A DNA stretch of 64,000 nt, taken from contig JANZKC010000002.1 of NCBI GenBank assembly GCA_025061115.1, positions 256,001-320,000 of the forward strand, written 5' to 3'. Positions 30,585 through 41,589 of this stretch are shown here, piece by piece (positions within the stretch are counted from its first letter, which is position 1; each line of letters starts with the position of its first letter). Source of the DNA: Candidatus Culexmicrobium cathedralense. Its GTDB lineage: Archaea; Thermoproteota; Methanomethylicia; Culexarchaeales; Culexmicrobiaceae. The notes under the pieces are model-generated. The model had not been told where the DNA came from. It worked only from the letters and a program-made list of their open reading frames with translations, and ran no database searches. Made by a program: the position numbers and the translations under genes.

Positions 30585-31028
30585 ATGAGTGGAAACGTGA
30601 AAATGATAGATATAACAGCCAAAAAAGTTCAAAAAAGAATAGCTGTTGCTAAAGGTAAAATCAAGCTGAAGCCGGAAACCATAAAAAAGATCGTCGAAGG
30701 CGAAATAGAGAAGGGAAACGTAATTGCAGCAGCAAAGCTGGCTGCAATATTAGCAGCAAAAAGAACGCCCACAATAATACCGCTCTGCCACCCAATTCCA
30801 CTGACAGGAGTCAACGTAGAAATATCAGCGAGAAAAGAGGAAATTGAAGTTAAAGTTGAGGTCAAAGCTGAGGCGAAAACTGGAGTTGAAATTGAAGCAC
30901 TTACGGCAGTTGCAATAGCACTGATAACCATATGGGACATGGTGAAGAAGCATGAGAAGGACGAGAAAGGACAATATCCAACAACCAAAATAGAAAATAT
31001 TAAAGTGGAATTGAAACTTAAGGAGTAA
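30585..31028 (+). CDS. moaC: Cyclic pyranopterin monophosphate synthase
   Basis: MIDITAK, IPLCHPIPL, KTGVEIEAL and WDMVK. Confidence 0.93.
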   Translation: MSGNVKMIDITAKKVQKRIAVAKGKIKLKPETIKKIVEGEIEKGNVIAAAKLAAILAAKRTPTIIPLCHPIPLTGVNVEISARKEEIEVKVEVKAEAKTGVEIEALTAVAIALITIWDMVKKHEKDEKGQYPTTKIENIKVELKLKE

Positions 31029-31032
31029 CTCG

Positions 31033-31809
31033 ATGAGAATTTACTGCGTAGTTGGAGCTCGGAGAAGCGTTGGAAAAACAAGCCTAGTAGAGGAGTTAGT
31101 GAAGTATTTAGTCAAAGAAGGAGTAAAAGTATCAACTGTAAAACACGCTTCAAAAAGCATTGACATACCTGAAAAGGACACCTATAGGCACCTTCAATCT
31201 GGAGCTCAAATAACACTAGCAGTTGCTCCAACAGGGTCTGCCATATTTTTAAAAGAGAACGACCTAACAAAGCTCTTAGAAAAATACTTGCCTAAAAGCG
31301 GCATAATATTAATTGAGGGATTTAGGAAAACAAAATTTCCAAAAATAGTTGTAGCAACAGAATGTGGAGATCTAGAAATTGAAGGGCTAAATGGCCAGGT
31401 AATAGCAGTAGTTTGCGGAAGTGAGAATGCAAAGAAAGAGGCTGAAAGAAAATTTCCAAACGCACTAATATGCAATTTTAAAGACATAAGTAAATTAGCT
31501 GAGAAAATCATTAATGAAGCAATAATCAGCGAACACGATAAGCTAGCTAAAGCAAACTGCAAATTATGCGGTTATGAAAGCTGTTTAGAGTATGCAAGGG
31601 CAATAGTCTACGGATTAGATGAGCCAGGTAAATGCGCACTAGAACTTAGAGTTAAAGTGAAAATCGACAATCAAGACTTAAAGTTAAAGCCATTCGTTGA
31701 AAGTGCATTTGGAAAAGCGCTCTATGGGTTTTTAAGCTCACTAAAAGGTTTTAACTTAAACTTCAAAAATATCGTGGTGGAGGTCAAGCGTGAACAAAGT
31801 GCTTTATGA
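31033..31809 (+). CDS. mobB: MobB with C-terminal Fe-S domain
   Basis: GKTSLVE, VKHA, KDTYRH, IEGFRK and CKLCGYESC...C. Confidence 0.85.
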   Translation: MRIYCVVGARRSVGKTSLVEELVKYLVKEGVKVSTVKHASKSIDIPEKDTYRHLQSGAQITLAVAPTGSAIFLKENDLTKLLEKYLPKSGIILIEGFRKTKFPKIVVATECGDLEIEGLNGQVIAVVCGSENAKKEAERKFPNALICNFKDISKLAEKIINEAIISEHDKLAKANCKLCGYESCLEYARAIVYGLDEPGKCALELRVKVKIDNQDLKLKPFVESAFGKALYGFLSSLKGFNLNFKNIVVEVKREQSAL

Positions 31810-32749
31810 CAGCTACGGAAGGCCCCTCCTAGGATTAAGAATAACGGTAACTCACAAATGCAATTTTAATTGCATATACTGCCACAGGGAAGGCGAAAAC
31901 CCGAGCGAGAGAGAGATGGCCCCCAATGAAATAGGGAAGATAGTTGAAATAGCAGCAAAATATGGCGTTTATAAAATCAAGCTGACTGGAGGAGAACCAC
32001 TAGTCAGAGAAGACATCATCGAAATCGTCAAAACAATATCTAAAGTGAAAGGAATAAGCGATTTAGCAATGACCACCAACGGATCACTACTAAGAGAATA
32101 CGCCAAAGAATTGGCTAAGGCAGGATTAAAGAGGGTAAATGTGAATTTACCTTCATTAAACGCTGAAACCTACATGAAAATAACTAGAAGCAAGTACACT
32201 CCAAATGAAATTATCAAGGGAATAGAGGAAGCACTAGGCGCTGGACTAAATCCAGTTAAAATTAACGTAGTAATTTTAAAGGGATTAAATGAGAATGAAA
32301 TTGAAAAAATGATACAATTTGCAGAGAAACATAAAGTCATACTGCAGCTGATAGAGCTTGAGCCAGTTGGAGTAGACCCAAAGATCTTTAATCAACTCCA
32401 CCTAGATTTAGCTCCAATCGAAGAAAAGCTACGAAGCAGAGCTCTGCGAATTACAGTTAGAAGGGATATGCAAAATAGAAGAAAATATCTACTTCCCGGT
32501 GGAGCGGAAATAGAGATTGTGAAGCCCATTGAAAATGGGAGCTTCTGCGCCGCTTGCACAAGAATAAGACTAACTGCAGATGGAAAGCTTAAACCATGCT
32601 TGATGAGAAACGATAATTTAGTAGACATCCTATCTGAAATGAGGAAAGGGGCGCCTCCAGAGGAAATTGAAAAGCTATTCGTGATGGCTGCAAAGAGGAG
32701 AGAGCCCTATTGGAAAACAAGAGATATGCAGTTAAAGTGTTCTATCTAG
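31790..32749 (+). CDS. moaA: GTP 3',8-cyclase (radical SAM)
   Basis: CNFNCIYCH, TGGEPL and FCAACTRIRLTADGKLKPCL. Confidence 0.95.
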   Translation: MNKVLYDSYGRPLLGLRITVTHKCNFNCIYCHREGENPSEREMAPNEIGKIVEIAAKYGVYKIKLTGGEPLVREDIIEIVKTISKVKGISDLAMTTNGSLLREYAKELAKAGLKRVNVNLPSLNAETYMKITRSKYTPNEIIKGIEEALGAGLNPVKINVVILKGLNENEIEKMIQFAEKHKVILQLIELEPVGVDPKIFNQLHLDLAPIEEKLRSRALRITVRRDMQNRRKYLLPGGAEIEIVKPIENGSFCAACTRIRLTADGKLKPCLMRNDNLVDILSEMRKGAPPEEIEKLFVMAAKRREPYWKTRDMQLKCSI

Positions 32750-33597
32750 GATATAGATACTACGGATTTCAAAGGCAGCCCGACGTCCCAACAGTTGAGG
32801 GAGAAATAATCAAGACCTTGAAAAGCCTAAAGATGATGAGCGAAGAGCCAAGATATACCGCAGCAAGTAGAACCGATAGAGGAGCACATGCAATCGGCCA
32901 GACAATAGCATTTAATGCCACTAGAGAACTGGACTTAACTGAAATTAATGAGAAACTCCCATCAGACATAATTTTTTGGGCTTATTCATTAGCGCCAAAC
33001 GACTTCAATGCAAGGAAAAAAGCGCTTTATAGGCATTACAAGTACATAGCGGAAAACCCAGGAATAGATTTGGATAAGGTCAACGAAGCGCTAAAGCACA
33101 TAATCGGCGTACACAACTTCAAAAATCTATGCTACAAGGCTAGCAGGTCGACTATAAGGAGAATTTATCTAGCTAAAGCCAGCTTAATTGACAGCAATTA
33201 TATAGAATTCGACTTTTATGGAGCTAGCTTCGCTAGGGGACTAATAAGAAAAACCGTAACAGCATGCCTCAAAGTTGGGTTAGGCGAAATGAGCTTAAGC
33301 GAATTCAAGCAACTCCTAAATCCCACATACGCCTACGCTAGAGGAATTAGGCCCGCACCTCCAGAAGGGCTTTTCCTCGTCGACGCATTTTATCCAATAG
33401 CTTTCACCATAGACGCCATATCTGCAGAAAAAGTGGAGAAAGCCCTAACGAATGAAATTTCCCGTGAAAATTTAAGCCGCAAAGTTGCTGAAATAATGTT
33501 AGCAGAATTCAGGAAATTGCGCGAGGAAATTGAGGAGCAAGCCCAAGAAATTTCTAGGTGGACCTTCTCCTCTTCATTAAGGAGATTATCTCATTAG
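32710..33597 (+). CDS. truA: tRNA pseudouridine(38-40) synthase
   Basis: GFQRQPD, ASRTDRGAHA and APPEGL. Confidence 0.92.
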   Translation: MENKRYAVKVFYLGYRYYGFQRQPDVPTVEGEIIKTLKSLKMMSEEPRYTAASRTDRGAHAIGQTIAFNATRELDLTEINEKLPSDIIFWAYSLAPNDFNARKKALYRHYKYIAENPGIDLDKVNEALKHIIGVHNFKNLCYKASRSTIRRIYLAKASLIDSNYIEFDFYGASFARGLIRKTVTACLKVGLGEMSLSEFKQLLNPTYAYARGIRPAPPEGLFLVDAFYPIAFTIDAISAEKVEKALTNEISRENLSRKVAEIMLAEFRKLREEIEEQAQEISRWTFSSSLRRLSH

Positions 33598-34834
33598 CCT
33601 TATCAAAGCTTCCTGCCAGAAAAGCTATCATGCTTTCGTCTAGCTTTAGCCATCTTGCAATGCCCGCAGCCATTTCGGTGTTAGATTCAAAAATAATCCT
33701 TAAGAACGGCAAATACTCAAATGCAGCACCCTTAATTGAAATGTGGCACTTTTCAGCTATAGCAGCGCAGATGCCAGTCATGATTGCACGAACATCCTTA
33801 GTTTGACTCAAAATTTTAATGCGCTGAGGAAACTGATACTTAGTAAACCTGTATCTCCCCTTCTTAACCATCGAAACACCAGCAGTCATCATATCCAGAG
33901 CATAGCTCAAAAGCGTCCAAGCCTGAGTGCGCTTAGTCCTCCCCAAAAATACGTCAGCCCTTGATAAAGCTTCATAAGCTTCAGCAAGCTCTTCAGCTGA
34001 AGTATATTGAAGGGGGAGATTCTCATGAATCCACTGGAATATCATATTGTAATCCAGCAGCGAAGAAGCTAAAGCGGCTTTAGCTCCTCTGCAAGTTTTA
34101 GCAGAGAAAATGTTTTTTAACACATCAAATGCTCCGTACTGCCTATCCCTAAAGGCTAACCATTGAACATCACTAAGTGTGAGCCTCCTCCTACCTTGAG
34201 CCAATGCTTGAAGATCATTGACGGCAGACCTAACATCGCCATTACATCTTTGAGCTATAAATCTCAAAGCGCTATCATCAGCAATTATTCCCTCAGCTGT
34301 GCAAATTCGCTTTAAATAAGATGCAAGAGTTGTAACTCTAATCCTATCATACTTGATCATCTTGCAAAGATCTCTAAGCGGCCTAAACTTAGGATCCCAA
34401 GGATCATTAGCCGTCAACACGACTGGAAACCTGGACTGCTGAATAAGCTCAATAACAGCTGCAAGCCCACCTCTATCCTCTGTTCCGCTCATTCCATCAA
34501 CTTCATCCACAAGAATAATTTTCCTCCTACCACCAACGAGAGATAGATATTGAGAAGCCATTCCAAGAATCCTCTTAATTCTCAAGCGAGATCTAGCATT
34601 ACTGGCATTCATCTGAATTAGCTCAAGATTATACTCGATAGCTGCAACTTCAACAGTTAAAGTCTTACCAACGCCAGGGGGACCCCAAAGGAAAGCAGCG
34701 TTCTCTACATTAGCACCTTTAAGCCTCTTCTCCAGCCACGTTCTAAACTCCAAAATAGCAGCCTTATTTCCAATAATTTCGGAGAAGCGTCTAGGCTTAT
34801 ACTTCACTACCCATAAAGTAGCAACTGCACTCAT
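33554..34834 (-). CDS. rfcL: Replication factor C large subunit
   Basis: WVVKYKP, GPPGVGKT, DEVDG and WIHEN. Confidence 0.93.
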   Translation of the reverse strand: MSAVATLWVVKYKPRRFSEIIGNKAAILEFRTWLEKRLKGANVENAAFLWGPPGVGKTLTVEVAAIEYNLELIQMNASNARSRLRIKRILGMASQYLSLVGGRRKIILVDEVDGMSGTEDRGGLAAVIELIQQSRFPVVLTANDPWDPKFRPLRDLCKMIKYDRIRVTTLASYLKRICTAEGIIADDSALRFIAQRCNGDVRSAVNDLQALAQGRRRLTLSDVQWLAFRDRQYGAFDVLKNIFSAKTCRGAKAALASSLLDYNMIFQWIHENLPLQYTSAEELAEAYEALSRADVFLGRTKRTQAWTLLSYALDMMTAGVSMVKKGRYRFTKYQFPQRIKILSQTKDVRAIMTGICAAIAEKCHISIKGAAFEYLPFLRIIFESNTEMAAGIARWLKLDESMIAFLAGSFDKANEIISLMKRRRST

Positions 34835-35811
34835 TAACTACCCCTCAGCTTCTCGCCGAAAAGCGCAAAGTATGCTAGAAGTGCGCTAAGTTGCACCTCT
34901 TCATCTGCTCCCTCAACCATTCTAAAGTTTATCTCTCCAATTCTATCTGCAAGCTTAACCTTAGCTTCTTCCGGAATCTTTAAGGCAAATACTTCTCTAT
35001 GTATCTGTCTCACTAAATCAACCCCTGAAAGGCCATAAGCAATCATAAGCTCCCTCAGCTTCTCCCTAGCCTTGATGAAATTACCGCTTAAAGCAAGATG
35101 CAGCATCTCCCTAATTTCAACTGGACTTGCCCTCCCAACAACTCTAAACACTGCCTTTTCATCTACAACTCCGAGAGCAGCTGCAGCTTGGAGAGAATTT
35201 ATAGCGCGCCTCAAATCGCCTTCAGCCACGTACAATATTGCTTTAAGCCCATCCTCCCTCAAGTCAACGCCTTCCTTCTCAGCGATAAACCTAATTCTTG
35301 CGGCAATATCCTCATCACTTAAGGGCTGGAACCTAAATATAGCACACCTAGACTGAATAGGCTCAATTATCTTGCTCGAGTAATTCGCAATCAATATGAA
35401 GCGACAAGTCCTAGTGTAAAGCTCCATGGTTCTCCTCAGCGCTTGCTGAGCATCCGCAGTCATGTTGTCAGCCTCGTCGAGAATTATTATCTTGAAGGGC
35501 ACATCTCCAATGGCCATTGTTCGAGCATAGTCCTTAACTCGCTCCCTAACAATCTGAATACCCCTCTCGTCAGAAGCGTTCAGCTCCAAGACGTTTTGTC
35601 TCCAATTTTCACCATAAAGCTCATGGGATAATGCTAGAGCAACAGTCGTCTTACCAGTTCCAGGAGGTCCTGCGAAAAGCATATGCGGAATATTTCTAGT
35701 TTTAACGAACTGCTTGACCCTCTCAACGACATCCTTCTGATTAACGACCTCATCCAGATACTTCGGCCTGTACTTCTCAGTCCAAAGCAACATCGTTGCG
35801 TCAACTGACAC
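34834..35811 (-). CDS. rfcS: Replication factor C small subunit
   Basis: [28 protein letters not shown] and QSRC; no intein. Confidence 0.96.
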   Translation of the reverse strand: MSVDATMLLWTEKYRPKYLDEVVNQKDVVERVKQFVKTRNIPHMLFAGPPGTGKTTVALALSHELYGENWRQNVLELNASDERGIQIVRERVKDYARTMAIGDVPFKIIILDEADNMTADAQQALRRTMELYTRTCRFILIANYSSKIIEPIQSRCAIFRFQPLSDEDIAARIRFIAEKEGVDLREDGLKAILYVAEGDLRRAINSLQAAAALGVVDEKAVFRVVGRASPVEIREMLHLALSGNFIKAREKLRELMIAYGLSGVDLVRQIHREVFALKIPEEAKVKLADRIGEINFRMVEGADEEVQLSALLAYFALFGEKLRGS

Positions 35812-35927
35812 AGCTAAATCACCAACTTAACATTGACATTCAACATTCATATTAAATTAACCCGACAACCACAAAAAATGAGAGTGAGAAAACTTAATAC
35901 TCAGCAGAAAGTAAATGAAAATGCACG

Positions 35928-36491
35928 GTGTTTCAAATGTTCAATCAAGTAGTTAAAGCATCTAAAGTGAACTACAATACAAGCTTAATTAAAGTCACAG
36001 TTAGAAATGCTAGACCTCCAATTGAGATTGGAGGTGCAAGAATAGATTTAGGAGCTGAAGGAATGGAAATTCAGCTCCCAAGGTGGGTAGCCCTCAAGCT
36101 TGCCGAGCTAGGCATAGTTGAAATAAAAAGCACCGATGAAATAAGCTTGAGAGACCTTTTAAGGATACTTTGGCGCGAAACCCGTGAAATAAATTTAACT
36201 GAAATTGACCCGAACTTTTATCCTAAACTTCAAAACCGCTTGAAGAAGCTGAGGGAGGAAGCAAATAAAAGCCCTCTGCCCGAGCTTATTCAAGATTTAA
36301 GGAGATTCGAAGTTACCGCTCAAGACATAATTAACTGTAGAGTGCAAAAAATAGTTCAAGCAGCAATATGCGAGTCCCTGCCGATTAATGTCCTCGAAGC
36401 AATGACAATAGAAGAGAAAGCACTTCTACGTGAAATATCACGGTTGGTTGAAAGGTGGAAAAGGCAGATGCTAGCTTTAGAGGAGGAGTAG
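35928..36491 (+). CDS. GINS subunit (Gins23/Psf2-like)
   Basis: LPRWVA..L, LTEIDPNFY and MTIEEK, directly upstream of mcm. Confidence 0.85.
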   Translation: MFQMFNQVVKASKVNYNTSLIKVTVRNARPPIEIGGARIDLGAEGMEIQLPRWVALKLAELGIVEIKSTDEISLRDLLRILWRETREINLTEIDPNFYPKLQNRLKKLREEANKSPLPELIQDLRRFEVTAQDIINCRVQKIVQAAICESLPINVLEAMTIEEKALLREISRLVERWKRQMLALEEE

Positions 36492-36493
36492 GC

Positions 36494-38563
36494 ATGGTAA
36501 TCGAGCTCATCGAGCAAGACCCTAGGGAGCGATTCGCAAACTTCTTCAAATCCTATCAAACCCCAGATGGCGAGTACAAATATAGGAAAAGGCTTAGCCA
36601 AATGGCAATAACTGGACAGAAATCGTTGACAGTAGATTTTGAAGATCTAATGCAATTCGACCACGAGCTAGCCGAGCTACTCATAGAAAAACCGACGAGA
36701 TACCTGGAGGCCGCATCATACGCAGTTGGAGACGTAATGAGAATAGTCAACTTGAACTACGCAATGAAAGTCAGAGAATTCAAAGCCAGATTCAGACGGC
36801 TACCAGGACTAACTCCACTACGAAAAATTCGAGCCGAACACCTAGGAAAGCTAATAATGATTGAAGGAATATTGACGAGAGCATCTTCAGTAAAACAGCA
36901 ATTGGTTAAAGGAGTATTTGAATGCCCAAAATGCGGCACGAAAATGCAAATTGAAAGCAAGGGAGAAGGGGAGAGAGTATCTCCACCAGATAGGTGCTCA
37001 AACCCAGACTGCAGAAGTAGGGGGCCATTCAAGCTCTTACTAGAAGAATCATCGTTCATAGACTGGCAAAGACTCACCATCCAAGAAAAGCCAGAGGAAC
37101 TCCCTCCGGGCCAGCTGCCAAGATCCATAGATGCAATAGCAAGAGGAGATATTGTAGACGTAGCTAGGCCAGGAGATAGAGTAATAGTTGTTGGAGTACT
37201 CAAACCTAGACCAGAATATTCGCCTAGAGGAAGATTAACAACCTACAGACCAATACTCGAAATAAACTCGATAGACGTATCCGAAAAAGGCCTTGAAGAA
37301 ATAGAAATAACCCCCGAAGACGAGGAAAAAATTAAAGAGCTGGCTAAAGACCCCTTCATCCACCAAAAGATCATCCAATCAATAGCCCCATCAATATACG
37401 GCTACGAGGAAATCAAAGAAGGAATAGCATACCTACTCTTCGGCGGAGTCCCCAAACAACTACCAGATGGAGTGAGAATTAGAGGAGACATAAATATACT
37501 GCTAGTAGGAGATCCAGGAACAGCCAAAAGCCAACTCCTCCAATACGTAGCCAGAATTGCGCCCAGAGGAATATACACTTCAGGTAAAGGCTCAACTGCA
37601 GCAGGACTAACAGCAGCAGTGGTTAGAGATAAAGTGACTGGCGACTGGTACCTAGAAGCAGGAGCACTAGTGCTAGCAGACGGAGGAGTAGCATGCATAG
37701 ACGAAATAGACAAAATGAGAAGCGAAGACAGAGTAGCAATGCACGAGGCCATGGAGCAGCAGACAGTAAGCATAGCTAAAGCTGGAATAGTTGCAACACT
37801 AAATGCAAGAACAGCAATTCTAGCAGCGGCAAATCCAGCTTTAGGTAGATTCGTACAGCAAAAATCAGTAGCCGAGAACGTAAATCTGCCAGTAACCATA
37901 CTCTCCAGATTCGACCTAATATTCCCCATAATAGACAGGCCAAGCCCAACAATAGATGAAAAAATGTCAGATCACATACTAAAGCTACACCAGACAAGAG
38001 GCTACGTCGGTGCACCACCAATTCCACCAGACCTTCTCAAGAAGTACATAAGCTATGCAAGAAAATACGTAGTTCCAAGATTAACTCCAGAAGCTGCTGA
38101 AAGAATAAAGAAATTCTACATAGAAATGAGAGGCAAAGGATCTGTGGGAGAAAAGGAAAGCATACCAATAACTCCAAGGCAGCTTGAAGCATTGGTAAGA
38201 ATGGCTGAAGCAAGAGCTAAAATGGCATTGAGAGACGAAGTCACAGTTGAAGATGCTGAAGCAGCAATAAGCCTAATGACCTACGTACTAGAAAGAACAG
38301 CATACGATAGAGAAGCAGGAATAATAGACATAGACATGATAATGACAGGAAAGCCCAGATCCCAGCGCGAAAAGCTGATGAAGCTAATGGACATCATCAG
38401 AGAGAAAGTAAGGGAAATAGGAGGAGCAGTAAGCCGAGAGGAAATAGTAAACGCAGCAGTTGAGGAAGGATTGGATAGAAAATTCGTGGAAACGTCAATA
38501 GATAGAATGCTTAGAGAAGGACTACTATATGAGCAGAGGCCAGGATACATAATGCCCACATAG
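36494..38563 (+). CDS. mcm: MCM replicative helicase
   Basis: Zn finger, GDPGTAKSQ, IDEIDKM and SRFD; ATG 36494 after GGAGG; no intein. Confidence 0.97.
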   Translation: MVIELIEQDPRERFANFFKSYQTPDGEYKYRKRLSQMAITGQKSLTVDFEDLMQFDHELAELLIEKPTRYLEAASYAVGDVMRIVNLNYAMKVREFKARFRRLPGLTPLRKIRAEHLGKLIMIEGILTRASSVKQQLVKGVFECPKCGTKMQIESKGEGERVSPPDRCSNPDCRSRGPFKLLLEESSFIDWQRLTIQEKPEELPPGQLPRSIDAIARGDIVDVARPGDRVIVVGVLKPRPEYSPRGRLTTYRPILEINSIDVSEKGLEEIEITPEDEEKIKELAKDPFIHQKIIQSIAPSIYGYEEIKEGIAYLLFGGVPKQLPDGVRIRGDINILLVGDPGTAKSQLLQYVARIAPRGIYTSGKGSTAAGLTAAVVRDKVTGDWYLEAGALVLADGGVACIDEIDKMRSEDRVAMHEAMEQQTVSIAKAGIVATLNARTAILAAANPALGRFVQQKSVAENVNLPVTILSRFDLIFPIIDRPSPTIDEKMSDHILKLHQTRGYVGAPPIPPDLLKKYISYARKYVVPRLTPEAAERIKKFYIEMRGKGSVGEKESIPITPRQLEALVRMAEARAKMALRDEVTVEDAEAAISLMTYVLERTAYDREAGIIDIDMIMTGKPRSQREKLMKLMDIIREKVREIGGAVSREEIVNAAVEEGLDRKFVETSIDRMLREGLLYEQRPGYIMPT

Positions 38564-38577
38564 CGGAGGGTCAATAA

Positions 38578-40809
38578 ATACTAGTTGAAGAACTCCCAAT
38601 ACCCAAGGTGATCAAAACAATACTGAAAAACCAAGGAATAGAAAGGCTATATCCACCACAAGAAGAAGCAGTTAAGGCAGGAGCCTTAAATGGAGCCAAC
38701 TTGGTACTAGCCATACCAACAGCAGCAGGCAAAACTCTCGTCGCAGAGCTAGCAATGACAAAGCAAATACTTGAAAAAGGAGGAAAAGCACTATACCTCG
38801 TCCCACTAAGAGCATTAGCTGCAGAGAAATATGAAGAATTCAAAAAGTACGAGGAAGCAGGAATAAAAGTTGCTATCAGCACTGGGGACTACGACAGTAG
38901 CGACCCTTGGCTGGCAAACTACGACATTATAGTAGTCACAAATGAAAAGGCAGACAGCCTACTTAGACACAGGGCACCATGGATAGAAGATATTACGATA
39001 GTAGTTGCAGATGAAATACACTTAATAAACGACCCATCAAGAGGACCAACCCTAGAAATGGTTCTTGCAAGACTAAGTCAGGTAAATCCTGAAGCTCAAA
39101 TAATAGCTTTAAGCGCAACAATAAGAAATGCAGAGGAAATCGCGGAGTGGCTCAATGCAAAGCTCATAAAAAGCGAGTGGAGGCCAATACCCCTCAAAAA
39201 GGGAGTATACTGTAGAGGAACAATAATATTCGACGACGGGACAATTGCAGAGCTGAAAAAGGCTACAAAGGAGCCTTGCGAGATCATCACCATGGACACC
39301 TTGGAAAATGGAGGTCAAGTGCTAGTATTCACAAACACGAGGCAGAACGCCATGAAAATGGCGCTTAAACTCGCGCCAGTAGTTTCAAGGTACCTGAATA
39401 GGCGTGAAAAAGTAGAGCTCAGGGAAATTGCTGAAGAAGTGCTGAGGAGAGGGGAAGTCACGAGAATAAGCGAGCAGCTAGCAACCTGCATAATGAATGG
39501 AACGGCATTCCACCATGCAGGCCTAATTTATGACCATAGAAAAATAGTTGAAGATGCATTCAGGAACTTCAAAATCAAAGTAGTATGCGCCACACCCACA
39601 CTAGCAGCCGGAGTAAATCTACCAGCTAGAAGAGTTGTCATAAGGCACTATTATAGGTACGACTTCAGCTTCGGCCACCGCCCCATACCAGTACTTGAAT
39701 TTCATCAAATGGCAGGCAGAGCAGGCCGGCCAAAATACGACAAATATGGTGAAGCAATTTTAATTGCAAAAACGCCAGATGAAAGAAACTTTCTCCTCGA
39801 AAACTACATTAAAGCATCGCCTGAAATGATATGGTCGAAGCTAGCTGCAGAGCCAGCTCTGAGGTCACACATACTTGCAATCATAGCTACTGAATTCGCC
39901 AAGACTGATAAAGGCTTACTTGAATTCCTAAGCCATACCTTCTACTACTACCAGTATGGAGGAAGCAGCTACATAAACACGGTCATAAGGAGAGTGCTCA
40001 GCTTCCTAGAGTCAAATGAAATGATCACTGAAGATGGCGAATACTTGAATGCAACCAAACTAGGCAAAAGGGTGTCCGAACTTTACATAGATCCGCTAAC
40101 CGCAGTTTACATAAGGAAGGGACTTGAAAGCAAATCTACTTCAACCCCACTAGGATACTTACACCTAATAGCATACACGCCGGACATGCCGAAGCTCTTT
40201 CTACGAAGAGGAGATAGGAGGAAGCTCACTGAAATAGTGATTGCTAGAAGCAACGAATTCCTAATCAAACCACCCGACATGTACGAAGAACCAGACGAGT
40301 ATGAGTACTTCCTAGCTGCCCTTAAAGGAGCTCTAGCACTCATCGATTGGATAAATGAAGAGCGGGAAGACGCAATTATAGAGAAATACGATGTTGGGTC
40401 TGGAGACATATACGCATTAGCTTCCACAGCCAGATGGCTACTGTACTCCGCAGCAGAACTCAGCAGCCTACTTAAACTACAAAGCCACGTGAAAAAACTG
40501 AAAAAGCTCATGCTAAGAGTGGAATATGGATGCAAAGAAGAGTTGCTGCAAATAGTGCAACTCAAAGGGGTAGGCAGAGTTAGAGCTAGAATGCTCTACA
40601 ACGCAGGTTATAGAACAATCGAAGACCTAAAGAGAGCAACACCAGAAGAGCTCCTAAGAGTGCCATCTATAGGAGTTCAAATCGTGAAGAGAATAAAGGA
40701 GCAGCTTGGAGAGCCAATAAGCGAATCAGAGGAGAAAAAACTCAGAAGCAGGGAGAAAGAGCAAAAGCGTATAATAGACTATCTCAACTACAATTTGAAT
40801 AGAAGGTGA
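38578..40809 (+). CDS. hel308: Hel308/Hjm Ski2-like DEAD/H helicase, probable ATA start
   Basis: LYPPQ, PTAAGKT, DEIH, HHAGL, QMAGRAGRP and a C-terminal HhH. The reading frame extends upstream to ATA 38578. Confidence 0.92.
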   Translation: MLVEELPIPKVIKTILKNQGIERLYPPQEEAVKAGALNGANLVLAIPTAAGKTLVAELAMTKQILEKGGKALYLVPLRALAAEKYEEFKKYEEAGIKVAISTGDYDSSDPWLANYDIIVVTNEKADSLLRHRAPWIEDITIVVADEIHLINDPSRGPTLEMVLARLSQVNPEAQIIALSATIRNAEEIAEWLNAKLIKSEWRPIPLKKGVYCRGTIIFDDGTIAELKKATKEPCEIITMDTLENGGQVLVFTNTRQNAMKMALKLAPVVSRYLNRREKVELREIAEEVLRRGEVTRISEQLATCIMNGTAFHHAGLIYDHRKIVEDAFRNFKIKVVCATPTLAAGVNLPARRVVIRHYYRYDFSFGHRPIPVLEFHQMAGRAGRPKYDKYGEAILIAKTPDERNFLLENYIKASPEMIWSKLAAEPALRSHILAIIATEFAKTDKGLLEFLSHTFYYYQYGGSSYINTVIRRVLSFLESNEMITEDGEYLNATKLGKRVSELYIDPLTAVYIRKGLESKSTSTPLGYLHLIAYTPDMPKLFLRRGDRRKLTEIVIARSNEFLIKPPDMYEEPDEYEYFLAALKGALALIDWINEEREDAIIEKYDVGSGDIYALASTARWLLYSAAELSSLLKLQSHVKKLKKLMLRVEYGCKEELLQIVQLKGVGRVRARMLYNAGYRTIEDLKRATPEELLRVPSIGVQIVKRIKEQLGEPISESEEKKLRSREKEQKRIIDYLNYNLNRR

Positions 40810-40815
40810 TAATGT

Positions 40816-41577
40816 TTGAGCATGAGAAAAGACATGGAAATGCAATTCGTGGAGTACGAGAAAAAGGAATTCAAAAATCCAATAATAATCGCAGGACTGC
40901 CAGACGTAGGACTCGTAGGAGCAATAGCGACAGTACACCTAGTTAGAGAGCTAAAGCTTAAAGAGCACGGCTACGCATACTACGACCTAATACCACCAGT
41001 AATGCTACTACACAACGGCGAAATAAAAGCTCCAATACGCATATATGCCAACGAAAGCATCATAGCATTAATCTCAGAAATAGCATTACCAACCCAAACA
41101 ATAATAGCACTATCAAAGAAAATCGTCGAGTGGGCCAAAGAGAAAAACGGGAAATACGTAATCATGCTAAGCGGACTAGGAGTACCAAATAGAGTTGACA
41201 TCGAAGAGCCGAAAGTATATGGAGTAGCAACAACAAACGAAGTTAAGAAGCTACTCGAAGAACACGGCATAGAATCCCTACAGGAGGGCTTCATAGCAGG
41301 AGCAAACGCCCTAATCCTAAGAGAGTGCATTAAGCTTAAAATCCCAGGAATACTGCTACTCGCAGAATCATTCATGGAATTCCCAGACCCCGCAGCAGCA
41401 GCTTCAACACTAAAAGCATTTAGCAAAATTTCAGGCATAGATGTAAACGTCGAAAAACTCATGGAGAAAGCCGAGGAAATAAGATTGAAGGCAAGAGAGC
41501 TAATGAGGAGAACTCAAAGCCAACTAAAAGCCATGAAAAAGCTCCAGGAAAGCGAGGTCCCCCTCATGTATACGTAG
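40816..41577 (+). CDS. PAC2-family proteasome assembly chaperone
   Basis: GLPDVGLVG, PDPAAA and a C-terminal HbYX-type MYT. Confidence 0.88.
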   Translation: MSMRKDMEMQFVEYEKKEFKNPIIIAGLPDVGLVGAIATVHLVRELKLKEHGYAYYDLIPPVMLLHNGEIKAPIRIYANESIIALISEIALPTQTIIALSKKIVEWAKEKNGKYVIMLSGLGVPNRVDIEEPKVYGVATTNEVKKLLEEHGIESLQEGFIAGANALILRECIKLKIPGILLLAESFMEFPDPAAAASTLKAFSKISGIDVNVEKLMEKAEEIRLKARELMRRTQSQLKAMKKLQESEVPLMYT

Positions 41578-41589
41578 GAGGATGAAAAA

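Noticed and set aside
33554-38563. Inteins in RFC or MCM
   Set aside because: Lengths and motifs are contiguous, with no insertions.
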